The position numbers and the translations under genes were made by a program. From positions 496,001-560,000 of the forward strand of contig NIVC01000293.1 in NCBI GenBank assembly GCA_002269645.1: 64,000 nucleotides of DNA. Direction: 5' to 3'. Under the pieces are notes generated by a model. The model saw only the letters and a list, made by a program, of their open reading frames with translations. It was not told the origin of the DNA and ran no database searches. The stretch comes from Macrostomum lignano. Lineage: Eukaryota. Positions 34,167-47,500 of this stretch are shown one piece after another; position 1 is the stretch's first letter, and each line of letters opens with the position of its first letter.

Positions 34167-37100
34167 TTAGTCCAAGAACACTAAAAGAAGTTTTGCCGCA
34201 CTTAAAGCATCAAATGTTAGCGGCAAATTTAAGAGTTCTTGAATTCCTTCGCAGCGATCTTTAGGAAGACAGGCAGCCACTTGGTTAGTTGAATCACTGA
34301 TCAGCTCGTTGAGAAGATCGCTAGCGACAACCAGATCGTGAGCGACTAGCCAATTTTGGACAACTTTGGTAGCTTTAGCTTTACCAATCCATTGATTTAA
34401 GCGACGTCGAAAAATGAACGATAGAAGGTCAAACCACTTTGGAATGTTCAGACCGCTGTGCGCCAGCAGCAGTGACTGTAATAAAAGTTAATTGGATCAG
34501 TGGTAATAATGATCATATTCGCAGAAGAGCTGTAGGCACCCTTGGCCTAACGCCTTCGGCGACATCATCCTACAACCAGCGTCAACGTTATTTCTGAACA
34601 TTCCGTTCACTTCTTGAGCACACACAAGCGCGCCAATACTGTACACATTAACCAGTCAGGCTCATTGGGAAATAGCTGAGATGTCAAGACTTATGAAGAG
34701 ATTGCTGAACTGCTGTGGCTCATGGTGGGGAGTTGCTGAGATGCCAAGAGTCAATTGGGAGTTGTTGGTAGGTTACAAATTATTTTCCTTAGAATGCTAA
34801 CCATAGCGACTGTAAAAGATCAAAAGCCGCATGTATAGTTTATCCCAAAAACGTGCTAGTTTTTCCACTAGAAAGCAACACACCTGAGCGGCCTCATCAA
34901 AGCCAGGCGTATCTCGAACGTCGCTCAGGGATTGTAAAACGTCAGTTAAATCCAACAACAATCGGTCATGACAATGTCGAGCATTGCATGCGTTGAACCA
35001 ATTGTGATTGATGCTGATGCAGGCTTCCAAATTAGCCACTTGATGATGCCAGCCAGATGGGACAAACAGAACGTCTCCTGGCTCTTGTAGCAACCGGATC
35101 CCGGATAGACTTGAGAGCGTTTCACTGCTGCACTCTCCCAGATCCCAGGGCAAACGGTTTCTACAGAGCAGCTTTTTCTCTTCACCTGGCGGTAGCAGAA
35201 TCCACAGCTTCCTGCCTGCAATGTTGGCCGACCAACTGTAGGAACCGAACACGTCGCAGTGAAATGGCGTCCTGAAGTATTTGAGTCGGAATTGTTTCTC
35301 CAAGTTAATCGATAACTCATTTCCCGTAACAGTTAATATGGTACTTCTTAAGGATTTGAGAGCAATTTACTAAAATAAAAAAATTCTTCTTCACAAGATT
35401 TGAATCTCAATGTGGTTTGATAAAAATTTCAGAATCTTCGTTCTTTAAGTGATTCTCAAGAGTGCTCAGTTTTGATTCTCAAGTCCTCAAGAGAGTGCTC
35501 AAGAGTGATTCTCAAGAGTGCTTAATAGAGATTTTTAAAAGTGCTCAATAGCGATTCTCTAGAATGCTCAATAGTGGTTTCAAGAGTGCTCAATAGTGAT
35601 TTCAAGAGTGTGATGTAACCACGCTCTGGTCGCGGGATAGGGCATGGGAACTTTTTCGAAAGTGCCTCCTATCCCGTGCACCCTCTGCACAGAGCTGTCG
35701 AGACTCGGCCAGGTCTCCGACCGGGCCTGGAGACTCCCGCTCTGCTGCACCCCTCCTGCTGCCTTGGTCCCGTCTCTCCTGCCGCCACACCTGCCTTTCC
35801 GGAGCCCCCTACCCCTTTCTGTACCTCCCCCTCTACCCTATCTCTTCTGTTCCCGCCCTATTCTTCCTGTACTTTCTCTACCTCCTCCCTTTTTTTTTGT
35901 CCCCCTCTGCACTCTTTTCCTGCGCTGTCCCCTCTTTCCCTGTGTCTACTTACAGTACTTTGTGTGCTCACCGTCTCCCCATCCCCTCTCAAACTCCCAA
36001 ACGGTGACGCAAGTCGTGTGACCCCTTCTCCCCCTCGGTGACTCATCGATGACTCATCCCCCTCTCTTGCGCAACCTTTTCTCACGCCATTGTTCTCCTC
36101 CCCAAATTTCTCATGTGACACCCACCCCTCCTCCGCTTCTATTGTTCTCGTTTTTGCTTCTTTTGTTCTCTCGACCCCCACCAATTATCACATTTTCTCC
36201 GATTTTCTCTTTCTTTTGTTCTCGTTTTCGCACCTAATTATCACCTTTTCTCCAATGTTTACTTTTCCATTGTTCTCAGTTTTCCCCAATTATCCCCGAT
36301 TTCCAATTCCTTTGTTCTCGACCCCAGCCCTATTGTTCTCAATGTTTGCTTGCGCAACACTTTCGCGACCACCCGCTGCGCCAATTATCCCCCACCCCAC
36401 CTCCGGATTGCGCAATTTCCCGATTTCTCATGTTGCTATGCCGGTCTCATGCTTCTCATCATGACTCATTCTGACGTCATTCTGCCGGCAGCCAATCAGA
36501 GAGAGGGAGCCATGGTAACGACCTTGAGGAGGCGGCTGTGAGGTCTATAAAAGGAAGCGATTTCGGCATGAGAATACTCAACTGAGTTTATCTCTGTTCC
36601 TCTCCTCGTCCTTCTTTGGACTTGCTGTCAGATTGAGTTCTGACCCATTCGTCTATAAGACGAATCCCTGCCGGTCCGCGGTCTGTTACCGCCAAGTTAT
36701 CCTTAGCTCCCCAAGTGAGCTCGCCTATCGGCCAGCGGTCTGATACCGCCCAGCATCATCAGCATCGCCTGATCTACATCAGCGCCTCGTCGCTCCAGCG
36801 CATCGCCGCTTCACCGTCTGCCTGACTGCAGCCTACAGCCGCCCTCGGTCACTCCGTCTCTCTCTCTCTCTGTGCAGCTGCCGGTAAGTTCCTGCCACTA
36901 ATTTGTGCTCTAATTGCCTTTGCTTATCCGGGGTTTGCCTATTTTCCATTGTCTGATTAGAGAACTGAGCCAATTGTGATACCGTATCTTTTGCTGTATT
37001 TTACTCAATAGTGAAGCCGCCTAATTGCCTGCTTATTTGCCCAAGGGCCTAATTATTAACTATTAACTAACTTCATCATTATTCAATCTTTCACCATCAT

Positions 37101-40100
37101 TTCACTCATGGCTTGCTAAGCCTTTCTCCCGGGGTGGCAAAGCATAAGGAAGTTTGGGTAAGCTAATGGCCTCTCCCCGTGCAAAGCCCGCCTGTGAGTG
37201 CGTGCTGCGGGGCCGCGTGTGCGTGCAGTAGAGGGATTAGCGAGTCTTGGCACAGAATGGCAGTAGGAAGGTTGCAACCCCATGCTAACGCGTCCCTTCG
37301 CCCTGAGCAATCTAAACTGTAGACAGTACATGTTCGCCTCATACTACTCTTAGTAATCAAAGTCGCAAGCCAGCCTCGCTCACAGCCACAAAGGATCCCC
37401 TGCTGAGAAATCCTCCAGGATTGAGCCCAGAGTTCCCGATCATGCCCCAAGCAGAGTCCCTGTACTCGGCTGCATGCGTCTCCCCTGTTAGCCTAAATCC
37501 CCTGGTAACCAATCCAGGCGGGGCTCTAGCCTCGAGAGGTCTGGTAGAAAGATCCAGGTGCGCCAGGTCACATAGAGTGGTGGCAGCCACTCGGTCATAC
37601 CATGACCGAGTGACCAACTATTGCACCTTGGCTACAGGTGGGGTCCATGTGGGTCCTTGGCCCTCTGGTCACGAAGCGCTACCAAAGCTACTAATCATGT
37701 GGGCGGGACAGTCTGGTGCTGGAGGTCCGTCAGGTCATTGCCCGGTCATAGGCAGCCTACGGTCATTGCCCCCTCTAGCCATGCGTTCGTCTCTCTACGG
37801 AGCGGACAGGCGACAAGGGCGGTTACATCAAGTGCTCAATAGCGATTCTCTAGAATGCTCAATAGTGGTTTCAAGAGTGCTCAATAGTGATTTCAAGAGT
37901 GCTCAATAGAGATTCTCAAGAGTGCTCAATAGAGATTCTCAAGAGTGTTCAATAGTGATTCTCTGGAGTGATTAACAGTGATTATGAAGAGAGATTAATC
38001 ACGTTTCAATATGCTTTTTTGATGCTTCAAAATTACAGTAGGAACGGATCGACAAATGCATTATTTGGTTTTCGAAGAATTAGAAAAAGAACGATTTTTT
38101 ATGATTTTAAAACAACCAACAAGTCAAACTCGGTCTCACCAAGAGTGCTGAGGTCCCAGGTACACAAACCGATAGTCGCTATCAGTCTGGTCTAGACAAT
38201 ATTCATTCAGCCAATCAGATGTGAAACAGTCTGGCACTGTGTATGCGTGATAATCTGGATATAGCAATTGAAAATGCCAATCCTTCAAATACAGAATTTG
38301 ATTATGCTTTGCAGTTGCTTCTCCGAACTGCGAACTACTAATAGCTGACCAATATTCGCCAAAATAATCACTGGCCGACATGCGAATCACTGGGTGACTG
38401 TCGCATTCTTCTCGATTGCACTGCGACACGGGCAGATCTCGGCTGTCTGAAGTTCCAATTGAAACAGTTAAGATTTTTTTAAGATTTCGAAAGATCTCAA
38501 AGATCTCTAGATGCGCGGCGCATTGAAGGCTGCGTACGGCTGTTCAGTCCAAGGACTGCTGGGGGGTCGCCACACAGCCTCAATTACCCCAGCTAATGCT
38601 GGCACCCATTTTACAGCTGGGTGAACTGAAGCAATGCAGAGTTAAGTGTCCTACTTAAGGACACAAATTTTTTCGAGTGGATCGCGAAACAGTGAGTCCG
38701 ATGCTAATAGGACAAGAATCACTCGCACACAGGGGCGTCGCCATGGATTTTATGGTGGGGGGGACAAAGCCAATAATTATACACATAAATGACTAAATTC
38801 TTGTATATGTACATTATTTTAAGAATCGGTGTTGTAGGCACTCATTTTAGCGCCGAAGGCACTCATTTTAGCGCCGCAGGCACTCATTTTGGCGCCACAG
38901 GCACTCATTTTAGCGCCGCAGGCACTCATTTTAGCGCCGCAGGCACTCATTTTAGCGTCGCAGGCACTCATTTTAGCGCCTCAGGCACTCATTTTAGCGC
39001 CGCAGGCACTCATTTTGGCGCCGCAGGCAGTCATTTTGGCGCCGCAGGAACTCATTTTAGCGCCGAAGGCATTCATTTTAGCGCCGCAGGCACTCATTTT
39101 GGTGCCACAGGCACTCATTTTAGCGCCGCAGGCACTCATTTTAGCGTCGCAGGCACTCATTTTAGCGCCTCAGGCACTCATTTTAGCGTCGCAGGCACTC
39201 ATTTTAGCGCCTCAGGCACTCATTTTAGCGCCTCAGGCACTCATTTTAGCGCCGCAGGCACTCATTTTAGCGCCTCAGGCACTCATTTTAGCGTCGCAGG
39301 CACTCATTTTAGCGCCTCAGGCACTCATTCTAGCGCCTCACGCACTCATTTTAGCGCCTCAGGCACTCATTTTAGCGCCGCAGGCACTCATTTTAGCGCC
39401 GCAGGCACTCATTTTGGCGCCGCAGGCAGTCATTTTGGCGCCGCAGGAACTCATTTTAGCGCCGAAGGCATTCATTTTAGCGCCGCAGGCACTCATTTTG
39501 GTGCCACAGGCACTCATTTTAGCGCCGCAGGCACTCATTTTAGCGTCGCAGGCACTCATTTTAGCGCCTCAGGCACTCATTTTAGCGTCGCAGGCACTCA
39601 TTTTAGCGCCTCAGGCACTCATTTTAGCGCCTCAGGCACTCATTTTAGCGCCGCAGGCACTCATTTTAGCGCCTCAGGCACTCATTTTAGCGTCGCAGGC
39701 ACTCATTTTAGCGCCTCAGGCACTCATTCTAGCGCCTCACGCACTCATTTTAGCGCCTCAGGCACTCATTTTAGCGCCGCAGGCACTCATTTTGGCGCCG
39801 CAGGCACTCATTTTAGCGCCGCAGGCACTCATTTTAGCGCCGCAGGCACTCATTTTAGCGCCGCAGGCACTCATTTTAGCGCCTCAGGCACTCATTTTAG
39901 CGCCTCAGGCACTCATTTTAGCGCCGCAGGCACTCATTTTAGCGCCGCAGGCAGTCATTTTGGCGTTGCAGGCAGTCATTTTAGCGCCGCAGGCACTCAT
40001 TTTAGCGCCTCAGGCACTCATTTTAGCGCCGCAGGCACTCATTTTAGCGCCGCAGGGACTCATTTTGGCGCCGCAGGCAGTCATTTTGGCGCCGCAGGAA

Positions 40101-42187
40101 CTCATTTTAGCGCCGAAGGCACTCATTTTAGCGCCGCAGGCACTCATTTTGGCGCCGCAGGCACTCATTTTAGCGCCGCAGGCACTCATTTTAGCGCCGC
40201 AGGCACTCATTTTAGCGCCGCAGGCACTCATTTTAGCGCCTCAGGCACTCATTTTAGCGCCTCAGGCACTCATTTTAGCGCCGCAGGCACTCATTTTAGC
40301 GCCGCAGGCAGTCATTTTGGCGTTGCAGGCAGTCATTTTAGCGCCGCAGGCACTCATTTTAGCGCCTCAGGCACTCATTTTAGCGCCTCAGGCACTCATT
40401 TTAGCGCCGCAGGCACTCATTTTGGCGCCGCAGGCAGTCATTTTGGCGCCGCAGGAACTCATTTTAGCGCCGAAGGCACTCATTTTAGCGCCGCAGGCAC
40501 TCATTTTGGTGCCACAGGCACTCATTTTAGCGCCGCAGGCACTCATTTTAGCGTCGCAGGCACTCATTTTATCGCCTCAGGCACTCGTTTTAGCGTCGCA
40601 GGCACTCATTTTAGCGCCTCAGGCACTCATTCTAGCGCCTCAGGCACTCATTTTAGCGCCTCAGGCACTCATTCTAGCGCCTCAGGCACTCATTTTTGCG
40701 CCTCAGGCACTCATTTTAGCGCCGCAGGCACTCATTTTGGCGCCGCAGGCACTCATTTTAGCGCCGCAGGCACTCATTTTAGCGCCGCAGGCACTCATTT
40801 TAGCGCCGCAGGCACTCATTTTAGCGCCTCACGCACTCATTTTAGCGCCTCAGGCACTCATTTTAGCGCCGCAGGCACTCATTTTAGCGCCGCAGGCAGT
40901 CATTTTGGCGTTGCAGGCACTCATTTTAGCGCCGCAGGCACTCATTTTAGCGCCTCAGGCACTCATTTTAGCGCCTCAGGCACTCATTTTAGCGCCGCAG
41001 GCACTCATTTTGGCGCCGCAGGCAGTCATTTTGGCGCCGCAGGAACTCATTTTAGCGCCGAAGGCACTCATTTTAGCGCCGCAGGCACTCATTTTGGTGC
41101 CACAGGCACTCATTTTAGCGCCGCAGGCACTCATTTTAGCGTCGCAGGCACTCATTTTATCGCCTCAGGCACTCGTTTTAGCGTCGCAGGCACTCATTTT
41201 AGCGCCTCAGGCACTCATTCTAGCGCCTCAGGCACTCATTTTTGCGCCTCAGGCACTCATTTTAGCGCCGCAGGCACTCATTTTGGCGCCGCAGGCAGTC
41301 ATTTTAGCGCCACAGGCACTCATTTTAGCGCCGCAGGCACTCATTTTAGCGCCTCAGGCACTCATTTTAGCGCCGCAGGCACTCATTTTAGCGCCGCAGG
41401 CACTCATTTTAGCTCCGCAGGCACTCATTTTAGCGCCGCAGGCACTCATTTTAGCGCCGCAGGCACTCATTTTAGCTCCGCAGGCACTCATTTTAGCGCC
41501 GCAGGCACTCATTTTAGCGCCGCAGGCACTCATTTTAGCTCCGCAGGCACTCATTTTAGCGCCGCAGGCACTCATTTTAGCGCCGCAGGCACTCATTTTA
41601 GCTCCGCAGGCACTCATTTTAGCGCCGCAGGCACTATGTTTTGTCGCCCTGCAGCAAAATTATTGATTTCCATAACGGGTCTCAAGGTGGGGTGGGGAAG
41701 AATTGGCAATGTCCCCCATAGCTTTTACTGAAGGGGACATGTCCCCCCTGTCCCCCCCATACATTTTTTCAGTCATAGTCCTGCTATGTAGTTTTAAACA
41801 AGCCAAACTTTACCTTTGCACAGACGCCACAGGAAGCCGTAATTCACTGAGCCATCCGAGTTAATCCAGTCAGTTCGAGCTGGCCAACCGGCCGTGGCGA
41901 AATGTTTTAACAAAACCGGTTGATTTGCGTGTAAATATCTGCGGTGAATCAGAAGTTTATATACGAAGTTCTTTAGTCAAAAATGGTTTAAGGGGGTCTA
42001 GTTACATGTACAAGGAGCAATGGACAGTGATTATTTCTAACTTTCTACCCTTTCAATTGCATAAAAAAGCATCTACAAACCTGCGATAAATCTCTTTCGG
42101 ATCACACTCCTCAGTTAAAACCGTCACGGGCAGTTTCTCTCCGAGTTGTAGTTTCTCAAACCTCGCAACTCGATCGGCAGAATCCAT
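34167..42187 (-). CDS. JMJD4: JmjC-domain 2-oxoglutarate/Fe(II) oxygenase JMJD4. Exons 42187-42081, 41938-41814, 38446-38140, 35271-34884, 34475-34167.
   Basis: LYLKDWH, FTSDWLNE, DYRFVYLGP, W|TPFHCDVF (HxD), VPSGWHHQV, SINHNW. All junctions are GT-AG with matching phase. Confidence 0.93.
35450..35610. repeat. ~21-bp minisatellite (GTGCTCAATAGTGATTTCAAGA), left part; resumes at 37831-37990
   Basis: The same unit occurs on both sides of the 2.2 kb insertion. Confidence 0.88.
35611..37830 (+). mobile_element. 2220-bp non-coding insertion with TG..CA ends and a 10-bp terminal inverted repeat (solo-LTR-like or non-autonomous TIR element) in a JMJD4 intron
   Basis: Begins TGATGTAACC and ends GGTTACATCA. 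Flanked by an exact 71-bp direct repeat (35540-35610 = 37831-37901). Carries an internal Pol II promoter motif cluster and no long coding ORF. Confidence 0.8.
36462..36552 (+). promoter_or_regulatory. Compact promoter inside the insertion: AP-1 (TGACTCA 36462), CRE (TGACGTCA 36472), CCAAT (36492), TATAAAA (36546)
   Basis: Consensus motifs in canonical order. Two further TGACTCA at 36039 and 36050; splice-donor-like CCG|GTAAGT at 36884. Confidence 0.55.
38552..38666 (-). mobile_element. CORE-SINE-like fragment (headless)
   Basis: CCCATTTTACAGCTGGGTGAACTGAAGCAATGCAGAGTTAAGTGTCCTACTTAAGGACACA resembles the recalled MIR/CORE consensus. The adjacent ~60 bp match 48208-48265 in inverted orientation. 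Confidence 0.6.
38836..41634. repeat. 21-bp minisatellite (GCACTCATTTTAGCGCCGCAG), ~133 copies, in a JMJD4 intron
   Basis: Tandem copies with recurring variant blocks; source of the 980-aa and 925-aa repeat ORFs. Confidence 0.98.
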
Positions 42188-42789
42188 CTCATTAAAATAT
42201 GATTGTGTTTTGTTATTGAATTTCAACTTCTTGTAGTCGTCTCTGAAATAAGATGTACTTTTAAGCTTCTGAAAGTCATACAGACCGAACGCGTAATCAA
42301 TTCAACTTTTTTCCTAGTTTGAAATAGTTAAGCTACAGAACAGCCGACGATGTGCCTGTGTCCCCATAATGAAGACTTTTAAAAAAGAAACTTTAATGTC
42401 AAAACCTTCTAGCCTAGGAAAAACTAATTGCATACCAATACAGACGTACAAAGGATGTGAGAGTTTAAACTCTTTGAACTTCTCTCAATATTCGCGGTGT
42501 CCAGCGTTAAAAGGTTCTGCAAATACGTATTTCCGTATATATATATACCTGTGTAAGCATTTTTAAGTGAATTTTGCGAATCGGCTTTACTTTTAAGACG
42601 ATATCCCTAATAGTATTTAACCTATGCAGGAATGTTCACTGTCGACACTCAAAAACCTAACCAAGGACGTTTCGCTTACACCAGCTCGAAAGTTCACATT
42701 TACGAAATCGTGAAAATTTGTGAGCTAGCGGAAATGACTGTGTAGCAACACGTTTCGGTGATGTGAAATTTGGAGCTTTTGACATCTCG

Positions 42790-44030
42790 AGCTTATGAAG
42801 TCTCGAGCTTATGAAGTCTCGAGTTTGTGAAGTCTCGAGCTTGTGAAGTCTCGAGCTTGTGAAGTCTCGAGCTTGTGAAGTCTCGAGCTTGTGAAGTCTC
42901 GAGCTTGTGAAGTCTCGAGCTTGTGAAGTCTCGAGCTTGTGAAGTCTCGAGTTTGTGAAGTCTCGAGCTTGTGAAGTCTCTAGCTTGTGAAGTCTCGAGC
43001 TTGTGAAGTCTCTAGCTTGTGAAGTCTCGAGCTTCTTGTGAAGTCTCGAGCTTCTTGTGAAGTCTCGAGCTTGTGAAGTCTCGAGCTTGTGAAGTCTCGA
43101 GCTTGTGAAGTCTCGAGTTTGTGAAGTCTCGAGCTTGTGAAGTCTCGAGCTTCTTGTGAAGTCTCGAGCTTGTGAAGTCTCGAGCTTCTTGTGAAGTCTC
43201 GAGCTTCTTGTGAAGTCTCGAGCTTGTGAAGTCTCGAGCTTGTGAAGTCTCGAGCTTGTGAAGTCTCGAGCTTCTTGTGAAGTCTCGAGCTTGTGAAGTC
43301 TCGAGCTTCTTGTGAAGTCTCGAGCTTCTTGTGAAGTCTCGAGCTTGTGAAGTCTCGAGCTTGTGAAGTCTCGAGCTTCTTGTGAAGTCTCGAGCTTCTT
43401 GTGAAGTCTCGAGCTTGTGAAGTCTCGAGCTTGTGAAGTCTCGAGCTTGTGAAGTCTCGAGTTTGTGAAGTCTCGAGCTTGTGAAGTCTCGAGCTTGTGA
43501 AGTCTCGAGCTTCTTGTGAAGTCTCGAGCTTCTTGTGAAGTCTCGAGCTTCTTGTGAAGTCTCGAGCTTCTTGTGAAGTCTCGAGCTTCTTGTGAAGACT
43601 CGAGCTTGTGAAGTCTCGAGCTTGTGAAGTCTCGAGCTTGTGAAGTCTCGAGCTTGTGAAGTCTCGAGCTTGTGAAGTCTCGAGCTTCTTGTGAAGTCTC
43701 GAGCTTGTGAAGTCTCGAGCTTGTGAAGTCTCGAGCTTGTGAAGTCTCGAGCTTGTGAAGTCTCGAGCTTGTGAAGTCTCGAGCTTGTGAAGTCTCGAGC
43801 TTGTGAAGTCTCGAGCTTGTGAAGTCTCGAGCTTGTGAAGTCTCGAGCTTGTGAAGTCTCGAGCTTGTGAAGTCTCGAGCTTGTGAAGTCTCGAGCTTGT
43901 GAAGTCTCGAGCTTGTGAAGTCTCGAGCTTGTGAAGTCTCGAGCTTGTGAAGTCTCGAGCTTGTGAAGTCTCGAGCTTGTGAAGTCTCTAGCTTGTGAAG
44001 TCTCGAGCTTCTTGTGAAGTCTCGAGCTTA
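42790..44030. repeat. 16-bp minisatellite (GAAGTCTCGAGCTTGT, 19-bp variant with extra CTT), ~73 copies
   Basis: Tandem copies between the NUDT8 stop and the JMJD4 start. Confidence 0.97.
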
Positions 44031-44519
44031 CAATATGAAACGCCCGCTATTCAAGGATCACTAACAAGTCTCATAATCCCAGCCAGAACACCAGATACTA
44101 AGACCGTACACCCTGCATCATATCCTGATCAACCTCTTTCTTTAAGATATGCTCGCAGATTAAATTTTAGTAAAACACTTTCAGAAAACCAAAAAGTGAT
44201 TGCTTTACCTAATGGCTGTTCTGGTTATTAAAAACAGTTAAACAGTTATTGTTTATTTGATATTGAATCGAAAATATATTCGGAACAAACAGACAATCGA
44301 AATAAGTATGCAAATAAAATATAATTAAAAGAGCTAACTGTGTACCAGATAAGAGACAATCAAGGAACTGAAAAAGCGCAATACAAGTTAAAACAAAAAA
44401 ATCTACATTTCATGGCGCACAAAATGATACATCAAAATAGAAAAAAAACTCTATTGAATAAAATAGTGCTAAAATAGGGCTATAGTACTTATAGTAAAGC
44501 AGCAAAGTTAAAAGGATGT

Positions 44520-47500
44520 CTAAGAGCCAACCAATGGTTTCGACTTTTTCAAAACAGCTTCACCTTCAATCTGCATTCGGTTGAGCCGCTGAGGGAATTC
44601 CGGCCCCAGCAATAATCGCAGGGCAACAAAAGTGAACACAGCGGTCAGACCCCAGATCCTGGGCAGCTGATCCCTGAGAACAGGCACTGCGTACCGACCA
44701 TAACCTGGCCTGTCAAATACTGTGTAGCCCCAGGCACCCGACTTGTCCAACAGGTGTTCCAGCGATCGAAACAGAACAAGCGACACCTCATCGGGATTTG
44801 CTCTCAGCTCACTTAGGCTGGCCAATTCACCGCAGTATCCGATCACAGGTGTGACTGCGAATTTGGCAGATGTCTGAAATTGCACAGGGCTAGATTAGAT
44901 TAGATTAGATTGGATCAGATTAGATAAGATTAGATAAGATCAGAATAGATCAGATTAGATCAGATTAGATTAAATCAGAGTAGATTAGATTAGATTGGAT
45001 TAGATTGGATCAGATTAGATAAGATTAGATAAGATCAGAATAGATCAGATTAGATCAGATCAGATTAGATTAAATCAGAGTAGATTAGATTAGATTAGAT
45101 TAGATCATATTATATAAGATTAGATCAGAGTAGATTCGATTCGATTAGATCCGATTAGCTCAGATCAGAGTAGATTCGATTCGATTAGATCAGATTAGCT
45201 CAGATCAGATTAGATTAGATCAGATTAGATTAGATAAGATTAGATCAGAGTAGATTTGATTAGATTAGATAAGAGTAGATTAGATTAGATTAGATTAGAT
45301 TAAACCAGAGTAGATTAAATTAGATTAGATCATATTATATAAGATTAGATCAGAGTAGATTCGATTCGATTAGATCAGATTAGCTCAGAGTAGATTAGAT
45401 TAGATCAGAGTAGATTAGATTAGATCAGAGTAGATTAGATTAGATCAGAGTAGATTCGATTCGATTAGATCAGATTAGCTCAGAGTAGATTAGATTAGAT
45501 CAGAGTAGATTAGATTAGATCAGAGTAGATTAGATTAGATCAGAGTAGATTCGATTCGATTAGATCAGATTAGCTCAGAGTAGATTAGATTAGATCAGAG
45601 TAGATTAGATTAGATCAGAGTAGATTCGATTCGATTAGATCAGATTAGATCAGAGTAGATTCGATTAGATCAGAGTAGATTAGATTAGATCAGAGTAGAT
45701 TAGATTAGATCAGAGTAGATTAGATTAGATCAGAGTAGATTCGATTAGATCAGAGTAGATTAGATTAGATCAGAGTAGATTAGATTAGATCAGAGTAGAT
45801 TAGATTAGATCAGAGTAGATTCGATTAGTTCAGAGTAGATTAGATTAGATCAGAGTAGATTCGATTCGATTAGATCAGATTAGCTCAGAGTAGATTAGAT
45901 TAGATCAGAGTAGATTAGATTAGATCAGAGTAGATTAGATTAGATCAGAGTAGATTAGATTAGATCAGAGTAGATTCGATTAGTTCAGAGTAGATTAGAT
46001 TAGATCAGAGTAGATTTGATTCGATTAGATCAGATTAGCTCAGAGTAGATTAGATTAGATCAGAGTAGATTAGATTAGATCAGAGTAGATTAGATTAGAT
46101 CAGAGTAGATTAGATTAGATCAGAGTAGATTCGATTAGCTCAGAGTAGATTAGATTAGATCAGAGTAGATTAGATTAGATCAGAGTAGATTAGATTAGAT
46201 CAGAGTAGATTAGATTAGATCAGAGTAGATTCGATTAGTTCAGAGTAGATTAGATTAGATCAGAGTAGATTCGATTCGATTAGATCAGATTAGCTCAGAG
46301 TAGATTAGATTAGATCAGAGTAGATTAGATTAGATCAGAGTAGATTAGATTAGATCAGAGTAGATTCGATTCGATTAGATCAGATTAGCTCAGAGTAGAT
46401 TAGATTAGATCAGAGTAGATTAGATTAGATCAGAGTAGATTAGATTAGATCAGAGTAGATTCGATTCGATTAGAGTAGATTAGATTAGATCAGAGTAGAT
46501 TCGATTCGATTAGATCAGATTAGCTCAGAGTAGATTAGATTAGATCAGAGTAGATTAGATTAGATCAGAGTAGATTCGATTCGATTAGAGTAGATTAGAT
46601 TAGATCAGAGTAGATTCGATTCGATTAGATCAGATTAGCTCAGAGTAGATTAGATTAGATCAGAGTAGATTAGATTAGATCAGAGTAGATTAGATTAGAT
46701 CAGAGTAGATTAGATTAAATCAGAGTAGATTAGATTAGATCAGAGTAGATTAGATTAGATCAGAGTAGATTAGATTAGATCAGAGTAGATTAGATTAGAT
46801 CAGAGTAGATTCGATTCGATTAGATCAGATTAGCTCAGAGTAGATTAGATTAGATCAGAGTAGATTAGATTAGATCAGAGTAGATTAGATTAGATCAGAG
46901 TAGATTCGATTCGATTAGAGTAGATTAGATTAGATCAGAGTAGATTCGATTCGATTAGATCAGATTAGCTCAGAGTAGATTAGATTAGATCAGAGTAGAT
47001 TAGATTAGATCAGAGTAGATTAGATTAGATCAGAGTAGATTCGATTCGATTAGAGTAGATTAGATTAGATCAGAGTAGATTCGATTCGATTAGATCAGAT
47101 TAGCTCAGAGTAGATTAGATTAGATCAGAGTAGATTAGATTAGATCAGAGTAGATTAGATTAGATCAGAGTAGATTCGATTCGATTAGATCAGATTAGCT
47201 CAGAGTAGATTAGATTAGATCAGAGTAGATTAGATTAGATCAGAGTAGATTCGATTCGATTAGATCAGATTAGATCAGAGTAGATTCGATTAGATCAGAG
47301 TAGATTAGATTAGATCAGAGTAGATTCGATTAGATCAGAGTAGATTAGATTAGATCAGATTAGAGTAGATTAGATTACATTCGATTAGAATTTCTTTTTT
47401 ACAAACATATTGAATAGGAACTTCACTGTTAAAACATTTTATGTTTTAATGAAACTAAGAATAATGACTATTCAAGGCTTTATACAAGCACACTATGAAC

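Noticed and set aside
38789-41731. 980-aa (GTHFSAA)n and 925-aa (APQALIL)n ORFs as a repetitive structural protein
   Set aside because: They arise from a 21-bp minisatellite antisense within a JMJD4 intron. Two frames are open simply because the unit has no stop in them, and variants show no codon-position bias.
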